Shown in pieces: positions 13,076 through 25,300 of a stretch of 64,000 nt of DNA (position 1 is its first letter; each line of letters starts with the position of its first letter). Position numbers and translations under genes: made by a program. Where the stretch lies: positions 434,001 to 498,000 of the forward strand of contig CATNEN010000001.1 of assembly GCA_950097015.1 (NCBI GenBank), written 5' to 3'. The notes under the pieces were generated by a model, which saw only the letters and a program-made list of their open reading frames with translations, ran no database searches and had not been told where the DNA came from. The DNA is from Macrostomum hystrix (taxonomy: Eukaryota > Animalia > Platyhelminthes).

Positions 13076-13489
13076 TCAGGCGTCATTAGGATTAACTGTG
13101 AGCAACACAGTGCCCATTACCAGAGCCATGATAGTGAAGCCCTGGCCAAACACTCGCAGACGCATCATCCTCTGCTGACCAGCCTGGCGTTGTTTCACCA
13201 TATTGCGCAAACCGTTGCACAATGCGAACACAGTCAGAGCCATGCCGCAGGGAATTAATGGATTCTGTTTAATCCTATGAGCCATATGATCAAAGCCAAT
13301 CAGCCTGTCCTGTGAGTCGCCAACTTCCATGGCCAGATCGCGCGACAGAGTCTCAGGCGGCGGCATGTACACATCAGCAGACTTTGGCTGCTGGCGAGAA
13401 TGCTTACTCAATAGCTCCTGTTTCTGTCTGTAGCGAGCCTCCAATTCCGCTTTCTGGCGTTTCTGCTCCTCTTTGTCTGGGGCGGGCAT
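13076..13489 (-). CDS. HIGD2A: HIG1 domain family member 2A-like (Rcf1-type) mitochondrial membrane protein, 137 aa
   Basis: KQNPLIPCGMALTVFAL transmembrane segment and the QRRQ motif Q-x3-R-x-R-x3-Q (QRMMRLRVFGQ) of type-2 HIG1 proteins; single coding exon. Confidence 0.85.
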   Translation of the reverse strand: MPAPDKEEQKRQKAELEARYRQKQELLSKHSRQQPKSADVYMPPPETLSRDLAMEVGDSQDRLIGFDHMAHRIKQNPLIPCGMALTVFALCNGLRNMVKQRQAGQQRMMRLRVFGQGFTIMALVMGTVLLTVNPNDA

Positions 13490-13624
13490 TTTCGAATCAA
13501 TTCAGACACTATTATCTTTGAAAACTGATGCCTGTAGACTGTAGATTTTAGATTCAGTGCTGAAAAGACATCAATTAGGCACACGCTAATTATGCTGTAA
13601 AATATTGTAGATCGAGATCATTGA

Positions 13625-15100
13625 GGGTAAGGTGGGTAAGGTAAGGTGGGTGAGATTAGAGAGGGTAGGCTGAAATTAGAGAGGGTGAGATGGGTGAGAT
13701 TAGAAAGGTTAAGGTGGGTGAGATTAGAGAGGGTGAGATAAGTGAGATTAGAAAGGGTAAGATGGGTGAGAATAGAGAGGGTGAGATGGTGAGATTAGAG
13801 AGGGTGAGATGGGTGAGATTAGAAAGGTTAAGGTGGGTGAGATTAGAGAGGGTTAGATGGGTGAGATTAGAGAGGGTAAGGTGGGTGAGATTAGAGAGGG
13901 TGAGATGGGTGAGATTAGAGAGGGTGAGATTAGAGAGGGTAAGATGGGTGGGAATAGAGAGGGTGAGATAAGTGAGATTAGAGAGGGTAAGATGGGTGAG
14001 AATAGAGAGGGTGAGATGGGTGAGATTAGAGAGGGTGAGATGGGTGAGATTAGAGAGGGTGAGATGGGTGAGATTAGAGAGGGTGAGATGGGTGAGATTA
14101 GAGAGGGTAAGATGGGTGAGATTAGAGAGGGTAAGGTGGGTGAGATTAGAGAGGGTGAGATGGGTGAGATTAGAGAGGGTAAGGTGGGTGAGATGAGAGA
14201 GGGTGAGATGGGTGAGATTAGAGAGGGTAAGGTGGGTGAGACTAGAGAGGGTGAGATGGGTGAGATAGCAGGGGGTGAGATGGAATTATTTGGGAAAGGG
14301 TGAGATTAGATGAGATCGAAAAGAGTGAGATTGGATAACATAGGAAAGAGTGAGATGAGATGAGATGGGAGATAGTGAGATTAGATTATATTGGAAAAGG
14401 GTGGGATTGGATGAGATGGGAAAGTGAGATTGGATGAGATGAGATGGGAAAGGTGGAGATTGGATGAGATGAGATGGGAAAGGGGAGATTGGATGAGATG
14501 AGATGGGAAAGGTGGAGATTGGATGAGATGAGATGGGAAAGGGGAGATTGGATGAGATGAGGTGGGAAAGGGGGAGATTGGATGAGATGAGATGGGAAAG
14601 GGTGAGAATGGATGAGATGAGATGGGAAAGGGTGAGATTGGATGAGATGAGATGTGAAAGGGTGAGATTGGATGAGATGAGATGGGAAAGGGGAGATTGG
14701 ATGAGATGAGATGGGAAAGGGGGAGATTGGATGAGATGAGATGGGAAAGGGGGAGATTGAATGAGATCAGATGGGAAAGGGGGAGATTGGATGAGATGAG
14801 ATGGGAAAGGGGGAGATTGGATGAGATGAGTTGGGAAAGGGGGAGATTGGATGAGATGAGATGTGAAAGGGTGAGATTGGATGAGATGAGATGGGAAAGG
14901 GGGGAGATTGGATGAGATGAGATGGGAAAGGGGGAGATTGGATGAGATGAGATGGGAAAGGGGGGAGATTGGATGAGATGAGATGGGAAAGGGGGGAGAT
15001 TGGATGAGATGAGATGGGAAAGGGGGAGATTGGATGAGATGAGATGGGAAAGGGGGAGATTGGATGAGATGAGATGGGAAAGTGTGAGATTAGATAAGAT
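13625..15100. repeat. Compound minisatellite: 24-bp GATGGGTGAGATTAGAGAGGGTGA (13625-14300), then 30-bp GGATGAGATGAGATGGGAAAGGGGGAGATT (14300-15100)
   Basis: Tandem units between the HIG1 gene and GART. Confidence 0.92.
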
Positions 15101-15764
15101 AGGAGAGGGTTTGATTGTATTATATAAAGTTAAACGAACAAATACAGATTCAAAAAACCAAACCAAAGTGAAGCTGTGCTGTTGAGATTTAGACTTAAGG
15201 TGTATAATTCGGAAAGCATATTGACTCGTAAAAATATAGAAAACTCAGCTAACATTAACTAATCAACAGAGTTACTCCTAGTCTGTGTTGTTACTAATGG
15301 AAATTGAAACATAATTTAAAAGAGCTTAATCAAACAGATGCAAAAAGTTTCACCAAGATCACCGGATCAAGAAACTCACTACTGACTTACTAGAAAAGTA
15401 GTACTATGAGATGCACATCGTGAGAATAAATAGCATATCGGTGGAAATTAGTTAATCAGTTGGTTTTTTGAGATTATAATTTAACAATATCGAAAAACAC
15501 ACTTACTCTACTAATTAGTAGTGCACTATTTCAAATTGATAACCGCCAAATGTGAAAACTTACTCGAAAATCAGGCACCAATTTAAATTTAATTGAAGTC
15601 TAACTACAACTACTACTTAGGCGCTAATGAAAATCAACATAGAAAAATTTTAATTTCGCTTTTTTAGACTATTTTTATTTTTTAGAGTACTGAAAGGTTA
15701 ACAGCTTTTAATCTATCAAATATTTAGCTGTGATATAAGATAAGATTTATATTTAAGATTTATA

Positions 15765-16030
15765 GAGATCTCTATGAGATTGGTTAAAATCTCTATGAGA
15801 TTGGTTGAAATCTCTATGAGTTTGGTTGAAATCTCTATGCGATTGGTTGAAATCTCTATGCGATTAATTGAAACCTCAATGAGATTGGTTGAAATCTCTC
15901 TGAGATTGGTTGAAATCCCGATGAGATTGGTTGAAATTCCGATGAGATTGGTTGAAATTCCGATGAGATTGGTTGAAATTCTGATGAGATTGCTTGAAAT
16001 CTCTATGAGATTGGTTGGAATCTCTGTGAG
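15765..16030. repeat. 21-bp minisatellite ATGAGATTGGTTGAAATCTCT in the presumed GART 3' UTR
   Basis: Starts about 20 nt after the GART stop; AATAAA on the minus strand at 15679-15674. Confidence 0.9.
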
Positions 16031-16050
16031 AAGTCTTCAGCTGTTAAATT

Positions 16051-16344
16051 TCACATAAACTCGCTCATTGACGGCGGCTCCCTAGTCCAAACGCATCGAT
16101 CTCCATCGAGCCCGGCTTCGAACCGACAGTCGCCCCTGGCAACGGCGGCCACAGCGGCAGGGAACAGTCGATGCTCGAGCAGTTTGACTCGATCCTGCAG
16201 AATGGCTTCAGTGTCGCCAGGCAGCACTGGGACCGGGGCCTGCAGCACAATGGGTCCGGCGTCCACTTCGGGCACAACGAAATGCGCGGTGCAGCCGGTG
16301 ACGCGAACTCCGCTAGCAAGAACGTCGCGATGAGCGTGGGCGCC
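16051..16344 (-). CDS. GART: GART exon 10 (GAHAHRDVL...VDAGPIVLQ...SEFM*)
   Basis: tttcCAG acceptor; transformylase C-terminus. Confidence 0.92.
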   Translation of the reverse strand, partial: GAHAHRDVLASGVRVTGCTAHFVVPEVDAGPIVLQAPVPVLPGDTEAILQDRVKLLEHRLFPAAVAAVARGDCRFEAGLDGDRCVWTREPPSMSEFM

Positions 16345-19300
16345 CTGGAAACACGGGATGGAACTGGGGTGTTACAGACTGTTTACAGACAGCTGATAAC
16401 AGACTGTTTACAGACAGCTGATAACAGACTGTTTACAGACAGCTGATAACAGACTGTTTACAGACAGCTGATAACAGACTGTTTACAGACAGCTGATAAC
16501 AGACTGTTTACAGACAGCTGATAACAGACTGTTTACAGACAGCTGATAACAGACTGTTTACAGACAGCTGATAACAGACTGTTTACAGACAGCTGATAAC
16601 AGACTGTTTACAGACAGCTGATAACAGACTGTTTACAGACAGCTGATAACAGACTGTTTACAGACAGCTGATAACAGACTGTTTACAGACAGCTGATAAC
16701 AGACTGTTTACAGACAGCTGATAACAGACTGTTTACAGACAGCTGATAACAGACTGTTACAGTCACAAAAAGACTGTTAGAGATAGCCTGTCACATAACA
16801 TTTCTCTAAACAGATCTTCCTACCTTGAAAGCGGGCAGTAGGCTCGGATGCGTATTCAACACCTTTCCAGGAAAAGCGGCCAACAGTACCCTGGTTACTA
16901 TGCGCATAAAGCCGGCCATAGCAACCAGTTGGATATTGTGCTTGCGCAATTCTTCGACTATGGCGGCGTCGAACTCCGGACGTCCGCCGGGATAATCTTT
17001 GTGGCTTAGAACGCGAGTCGGAACGCCGGCTTTAGCGGCGCGTCCTAAGCCCTGCGCTGTGGCCACGTTGGAGATTACTAGGGCCACACGGTAGGGGCAG
17101 ATCACGCCGGCGCGACGACTAAAGTCTAGCAGGGCCTTCAAATGAAGATTAATGTGTGAAATAGTAAGATAGTGAGCTAGATAATTGAAGCTATAACTCG
17201 CTCTACACGATTATTAAGATCAGACCACTCACTCACTGAGACTCATCATCTCCCTACTCACTGAGACCCTTCATCTCCCTACTCACTGAAACCCTTCATC
17301 TCCCTACTCACTGAGACTCTTCATCTCCCTACTCACTGAGACCCTTATCTCCCTACTCACTGAGACTCTTCATCTCCCTACTCACTGAAACCCTTCATCT
17401 CCCTACTCACTGAGACCCTTCATCTCCCTACTCACTGAGACCCTTCATCTCCCTACTCAATCAAATCCTAGATCTCCCTACTCCATTAAACCCAAGATCT
17501 CCCTACTGAATCAAACCCTAGATCTCACTACTCAACCAAACCCTAGATCTCCCTACTCAATCAAACCCTAGATCTCGTTACTCTAAACTCTAGATCTCGT
17601 TACTCTAAACTCTAGATCTCGTTACTTTAAACCCTAGATCTCGTTAATCTTTAAAGCAACACGCGCAGATCTAAACTCACCTGTAAGTTAGTCCCAGTAC
17701 CAGAAATCAGCACTCCCAGTGGCACAGGTGCTGCAGCATTATTGGCTTGAATCGGTCCAACTAGAAATTCTATGGTAGCAAGCGGACTAGGCTGGCTACC
17801 AATCAAATGCACACCGGTTTCATTGACAAGCTCGCCAACAACAATAGCTTCAGGCAATTTCTTTAACACCTCGTCTAAGAAGTGTCGCTTTGTAATTATT
17901 AGCATGCCTAAGCCGCTATTGAATGTAGAAAGGCATTCGTTAATATTCATATTAGCCGAAGACATTAGCCAACGAAATAATGGCGACATTTTCCAGGAAT
18001 TCAAATCGATTTTGGCGCCAAGGCTGTCCGGCAGACAGCGAGGCAGATTGCCAGTGATACCGCCGCCAGTGATGTGAGCCAGACCAGTGACTTGATTGGC
18101 TTGGATTAGCTGGCCAACCTGATTTGGAGATGGATTTGGAAAAGTTAAGGCTAGGTTAATCAGTGCCAAAGAAAATAGGTAAATTAGAATTGTCCGATTT
18201 TCAGTAATTTTATTGAATTTCCTCCATTTTTCTTCTAAAAATTTCTAATTTTATAATTCATTTTTTTAAGAAAAAGAGCATATTTTTTCATTTTCATTTC
18301 CTTAAATATTTGAATCTCGAATACTCAGGCGTGGAGTCACCGATTTCTTAGAAACCTGACTTTAAAAAGCCAATTTCTTAGAAACCTGTATTTGAATAAC
18401 CCATTTCCTGGAAACCTGTCTTGGAATAGCTATTTCTTATAAAACAAGTCTTCGAAAAGCAACCTAACTTTGAATAGCCTATTTTTTAGAAACATGTATT
18501 GGAAAAGCCTTTTTCTTAGAAATCTGAATTTGAATAGCCCATGTCTGATACACCTGTCTTGGAAAAGACTATTAGAAACCTGTTTAGAATAGCCTTTTTC
18601 TTAGAAACCTGTCTTAAAAAAGCCTATTTCTTAGAAACCTGACTTTGAATATACAATTTCTTAGAAACCTATCTTAAAATAGCCTATTTCTTAGAAACCT
18701 GTCTTGACATAGCCTATTTCTTTGATACCTGTCTTAGAGTAGCCGAATTCTCGGAAAAATGTGTCTTTATAATTTTTTTAAATCGCGAGTTTTTTAGAAT
18801 ATTGTAATACTTACAACAAAACTTTTAATAGAATAGTCAAATTTATAAAATTATAAACAAAAAAATAATATTTTTTTGTTTAAACTATTATTTCTTAGAA
18901 AGTTTAGAATTTCCTATTCTATAGCTGGCCAAGAACTTTAAATTAACGCAACTGAAAAAACGTTGAAATTGTCAAAATTGGTTTCTAAATCGTTAACTAT
19001 TCAAAGAAATAGACTTTGTACCTGTTTCACATAGATTCTAGTCGGTGTTAGCAACTGCTCGCCCAACAGACAACCAGAAGAATTGTTGGAAACATCGCCG
19101 TTAGAAGCGCATTCCGTCACTCGACTAGCGTAGCCCTCAGGCAGTTGGCTAACAATCTTTCTAGCCAGACTGTAGCCATTCGAATGCAAACCGGACGACA
19201 AGAGGCCTATTATAGGATCGCCCACAGACATCTGGTCTAGACGCGGAAGTAGGCGAGATCTGCGGGTGGATTGATCGATGGATTGATTTACTTCTAGATT

Positions 19301-22300
19301 CTTAATTACCCCAATTAAGCTGATGCTGGTACCCATTTAACACTTGGGTAAACTGAAGCAATGCAGAATTAAGGGGTGTTGCTAAAGAACACAAATTATT
19401 CCAGTAGAGTCAGGAATCGAACCCCCGACCTTCAAGATTACAACCTTCTAATTGATTTAGGCGGTAGTTTAAATTTCACTTTAGGGCAGCAGGTTGTAAT
19501 CTTGGTGGAATGAATATAAGCGAAAAAGCTCACCTATCAACAATGCCAACGCAGCAGCCAACCAGATCAACGCTGACGTCTCTAGCGTACACGCCGGGCA
19601 TTTCCGCTGTCTCACCGCCGACCAGAGCGCAGCCTGCCTGCAGGCAGCCATCGGCTACACCTGGAATTAAACAGGATTGGCGCTACTCAGCATGCCGAGA
19701 GGTCGGGAGTTCGATTCTCAGACTAAGGCAAGACTATTTAAGTACTTAATGAAGACACACGATTAGCTAGTACCATCTGGGCAGTCTATTGACTGAACAA
19801 ACCAAGGATAACTTAGGATTAGAAAGACGGTAAGCTACAAGTATGTTTCATAGAAAATTTTAAGGAGGTATAACTTACCAAACATGTTGCTTCAACGAAT
19901 TTTCTAAAGCTTTATTCTTAAAAAGTTGATACTATTAGTACTATTTTATTTACTATTTTATTTTATGTAGGGGCATAGTTATTCTGCTCATAAAATTTCA
20001 TCATGTAACATCATTTTTACTGTTAAGTGCATGACGCACAGAAATTTACCTGCAACCACTTGGGCAGCCACTCGAGCATTCAGTTTGCCGCAGGAATAGG
20101 TGTCTAAAAAGAACAGCGGCTTAGCACCGCGGCACAGGACATCGTTGACGCACATAGCAACCAAATCGACCCCGACGCTGCCCCATTGGTTGAGCGCTTC
20201 GGCCACTAGTAGTTTAGTACCGACACCGTCAACACCCGACACAAGGACCGGATCTGGACAATGGCCAACGAAATCGCCGCCGCAATCAGCTAGAGCGTAG
20301 GGAGCCCCAAAGCTGCCGATGCCTTCTAGGCATGCAGATTTAGTTGCTAGGCTAGTTACCGAGCAAAGCGGCTTGATCAGGTCGACTAGACGATCACCTT
20401 CGGCAACGCTGACACCGCTTGCTGAGTAGGCGGTGGGATGCTGCTTAACTGTACTGCCGCTGGCCTTATCTTCTTCTTCTTCTTGAGATTTGGATTGGTG
20501 CTGCGAAGGGTTTGAGGCGTGTGAGATTTTATATTGATTCCCTTATAAAATTTATTTTACAAAGAAACTTCAGTGAATATCATCCAATGGCCTTTTCCTC
20601 TGAAGCTTCAGGCACCGTTTCAAATGACCCTTCCCTCAGGAACTTCCGACAACAGATTCCCACATGACTCTTTCCTCTGGAACTTCAGGCTTAATGACTC
20701 TTTCCTCTGGAGCATCAGGCTTAATGACCCTTTCCTCTGAAACTTCAGGTCTAATGACACTTTCTTATGAAACTTCAGGTTTAATGACCCTTTCATCTGA
20801 AACTTCAGGCTACCGTTTCTAATGACCCTTTCCTCTGAAACTTCAGGCTACCGTTTCTAATGACCCTTTCCTCTGAAACTTCAGGCTACCGTTTCTAATG
20901 ACCCATTCCTCTGAAACTTCAGGCTACTGTTTCTAATGACCCTCTCCTCTGAAACTTCAGGCTACCGTTTCTAATGACCCTTTCCTCTGAAACTTCAGGC
21001 TACCGTTTCTAATGACCCTTTCCTCTGAAACTTCAGGCTACTGTTTCTAATGACCCTTTCGTCTGAAACTTCAGGCTACTGTTTCTAATGACCCTTTCCT
21101 CTGAAACTTCAGGCTACTGTTTCTAATGACCCTTTCCTCTGAAACTTCAGGCTACTGTTTCTAATGACCCTTTTCTCTGAAACTTCAGGCACTCGTTCTA
21201 ATTTCTAATGACCATTTCCTCTGAAACTTCAGGCTACTGTTTCTAATGACCCTTTCCTCTGAAACTTCAGGCTACTGTTTCTAATGACCCTTTCCTCTGA
21301 AACTTCAGGCTACTGTTTCTAATGACCCTTTCCTCTGAAACTTCAGGCTACTGTTTCTAATGACCCTTTCCTCTGAAACTTCAGGCTACTGTTTCTAATG
21401 ACCCTTTCCTCTGAAACTTCAGGCTACTGTTTCTAATGACCCTTTTCTCTGAAACTTCAGGCACTCGTTCTAATTTCTAATGACCATTTCCTCTGAAACT
21501 TCAGGCTACTGTTTCTAATGACCCTTTCCTCTGAAACTTCAGGCTACTGTTTCTAATGACCCTTTCCTCTGAAACTTCAGGCTACTGTTTCTAATGACCC
21601 TTTCCTCTGAAACTTCAGGCTACTGTTTCTAATGACCCTTTCCTCTGAAACTTCAGGCTACTGTTTCTAATGACCCTTTCCTCTGAAACTTCAGGCTACT
21701 GTTTCTAATGACCCTTTCCTCTGAAACTTCAGGCTACTGTTTCTAATGACCCTTTCCTCTGAAACTTCAGGCACCCAACCCATTTCCAATGCCCGCTCCC
21801 AAAGTAATCTCACATGTTCAATATGCACAATGTCGTCCCGCCAGTCGGCGCCAATGAAGCGAATTCTTTTAGCGCCCACAGCGGCTAGCAGAGCGGCTCG
21901 ACATTCGTCCGGTGTGGGCGTCACGGCGACAAGATTGCAGACGCGTCCGCCGGCTGTCACAGGCTGCGCTATGGTTGTTGAATCTATCGCTGTGCCAGCA
22001 TGAAAGGCTAGCAACGGATCGCCTGGCATATTAGCAAATGTGTCCAATCCCTTAATCGGATAGCGACCCGGACAAGAGCCCGGATAAGGACTTTGGACTA
22101 GTACGGCTGCTAGGGAGACGCGAGCCGGTTGGCATGGCAACGGACCGGGCGTTAGGCAGCCGCGAACGCAGTCTAGGCACACCTGAATGTATTTTTAAAA
22201 AATAGGTTTGAGGAAATCATCGATTTGAGGAAATCATCGATTTGAGGAAATGAACGATTTGAAGAAATCATCGATTTAAGGAAATCATCGATTCGAGGAA

Positions 22301-25300
22301 ATCATCGATTAAAAAAAATTACCGATTTGAGGAAATCATCGATTTGAGGAAATCATCGATTTGAGGAAATCGTCGATCTGAGTAAATCTTTTATAATCCA
22401 CGAAAGTACGAAATACTAGTGAAGAAAACAGAGAATTACAAAACTTTAAATTTTAAAAAACCTGATACAGGTCGCAATCAATTAGAGGCATCAGTGCCTG
22501 AGTCTCAGGGTCGCCCAATCGACAGTTATACTCAAGCGCTAGAAAATCATCCGGCTCAGGACCCGTGCGAATCAGGCCGGCGTACAGCGCTCCAACAAAT
22601 TTTCGACCCTCAGAGCGAAGACCGTCGATTGCGCGTTGCAAAAATTTCTCCTCTAAACGACGAAGCAGATTAACATCTTCCGTGGATTCAGTGGCAGGTG
22701 AGAACGGCTTGTCAGTGTCCAGCCTGCATGGCGCGGCGGCTCCCATGCCGCCTGTGTTGGGCCCCAGATCCCCATTGAATCTTCGCTTTCTATCCCTGGC
22801 CGGAGGCAGGGCGACAATTCTTTCGCCGTCGCTAAAACCGATTAGCGATAATTCTGGGCCGAAAACTTTGGCTTCTAATAGTACAGGACCACCGCAACGA
22901 TTCAATAGTTCTTTGGCAGCCGCAGCAGCTTCTGGAAGGGTGTCGGCAACTACAACACCTTTGCCGGCTGCTAAACCACTAGCCTTAGCTACTAAAGGCT
23001 TGAATGACAGCTCGGGTGAGTTGCAGGCGGCATCAATTGCAGCAATGTCCTGGAAAATTATTTTAGAAGACAGTGAATTAATAGGTTGGCCGGATTACAG
23101 ATCCCCTACAGACTGGAACTAATAATCCCCTTCATCACAGATCCCTAACAGACTGGAACTAATAAACCCCTTCATCACATATCCCTACAGACTGGAACTA
23201 ATAAACCCCTTCATCACATATCCCTACAGACTGGAACTAATAAACCCCTTCATCACATATCCCTACAGACTGGAACTAATAATAATAATCTCCTTCATCA
23301 CATATCCCTACAGACTGGAACTAATAATCCCCTTCATCACAGATCCCCTACAGACTGGAACTAATAATCCCCTTCATCACAGATCCCTAACAGACTGGAA
23401 CTAATAATCTCCTTCATCACAGATCCCTACAGACTGGAACTAATAATCCCCTTCATCACAGATCCCTAACAGACTGGAACTAATAATCCCCTTCATCACA
23501 GATCCCCTATAGACTGGAACTAATAATCCCCTTCATCACAGATCCCCTACAGACTGGAACTAATAATCCCCTTCATCACAGATCCCTAACAGACTGGAAC
23601 TAATAATCCCCTTCATCACAGATCCCTAACAGACTGGAACTAATAATCCCCTTCATCACAGATCCCCTACAGACTGGAACTAATAATCCCCTTCATCACA
23701 GATCCCTAACAGACTGGAACTAATAATCCCCTTCATCACAGATCCCTAACAGACTGGAACTAATAATCCCCTTCATCACAGATCCCCTACAGACTGGAAC
23801 TAATAATCCCCTTCATCACAGATCCCCTACAGACTGGAACTAATAATCCCCTTCATCACAGATCCCTAACAGACTGGAACTAATAATCCCCTTCATCACA
23901 GATCCCTAACAGACTGGAACTAATAATCCCCTTCATCACAGATCCCTACAGACTGGAACTAATAATCCCCTTCATCACAGATCCCTACAGACTGGAACTA
24001 ATAATCCCCTTCATCACAGATCCCTAACAGACTGTAACTAATAATCCCCTTCATCACAGATCCCTAACAGACTGTAACTAATAATCCCCTTCATCACAGA
24101 TCCCTAACAGACTGGAACTAATAATCCCCTTCATCACAGATCCCTACAGACTGGAACTAATAATCCCCTTCATCACAGATCCCTACAGACTGGAACTAAT
24201 AAACCCCTTCATCACAGATCCCCTACAGACTGGAACTAATAATCCCCTTCATCACAGATCCCTAACAGACTGGAACTAATAAACCCCTTCATCACATATC
24301 CCTACAGACTGGAACTAATAAACCCCTTCATCACATATCCCTACAGACTGGAACTAATAAACCCCTTCATCACATATCCCTACAGACTGGAACTAATAAT
24401 AATAATCTCCTTCATCACATATCCCTACAGACTGGAACTAATAATCCCCTTCATCACAGATCCCCTACAGACTGGAACTAATAATCCCCTTCATCACAGA
24501 TCCCTAACAGACTGGAACTAATAATCTCCTTCATCACAGATCCCTACAGACTGGAACTAATAATCCCCTTCATCACAGATCCCTAACAGACTGGAACTAA
24601 TAATCCCCTTCATCACAGATCCCCTATAGACTGGAACTAATAATCCCCTTCATCACAGATCCCCTACAGACTGGAACTAATAATCCCCTTCATCACAGAT
24701 CCCTAACAGACTGGAACTAATAATCCCCTTCATCACAGATCCCTAACAGACTGGAACTAATAATCCCCTTCATCACAGATCCCCTACAGACTGGAACTAA
24801 TAATCCCCTTCATCACAGATCCCTAACAGACTGGAACTAATAATCCCCTTCATCACAGATCCCTAACAGACTGGAACTAATAATCCCCTTCATCACAGAT
24901 CCCCTACAGACTGGAACTAATAATCCCCTTCATCACAGATCCCCTACAGACTGGAACTAATAATCCCCTTCATCACAGATCCCTAACAGACTGGAACTAA
25001 TAATCCCCTTCATCACAGATCCCTAACAGACTGGAACTAATAATCCCCTTCATCACAGATCCCTACAGACTGGAACTAATAATCCCCTTCATCACAGATC
25101 CCTACAGACTGGAACTAATAATCCCCTTCATCACAGATCCCTAACAGACTGTAACTAATAATCCCCTTCATCACAGATCCCTAACAGACTGTAACTAATA
25201 ATCCCCTTCATCACAGATCCCTAACAGACTGGAACTAATAATCCCCTTCATCACAGATCCCTACAGACTGGAACTAATAATCCCCTTCATCACAGATCCC

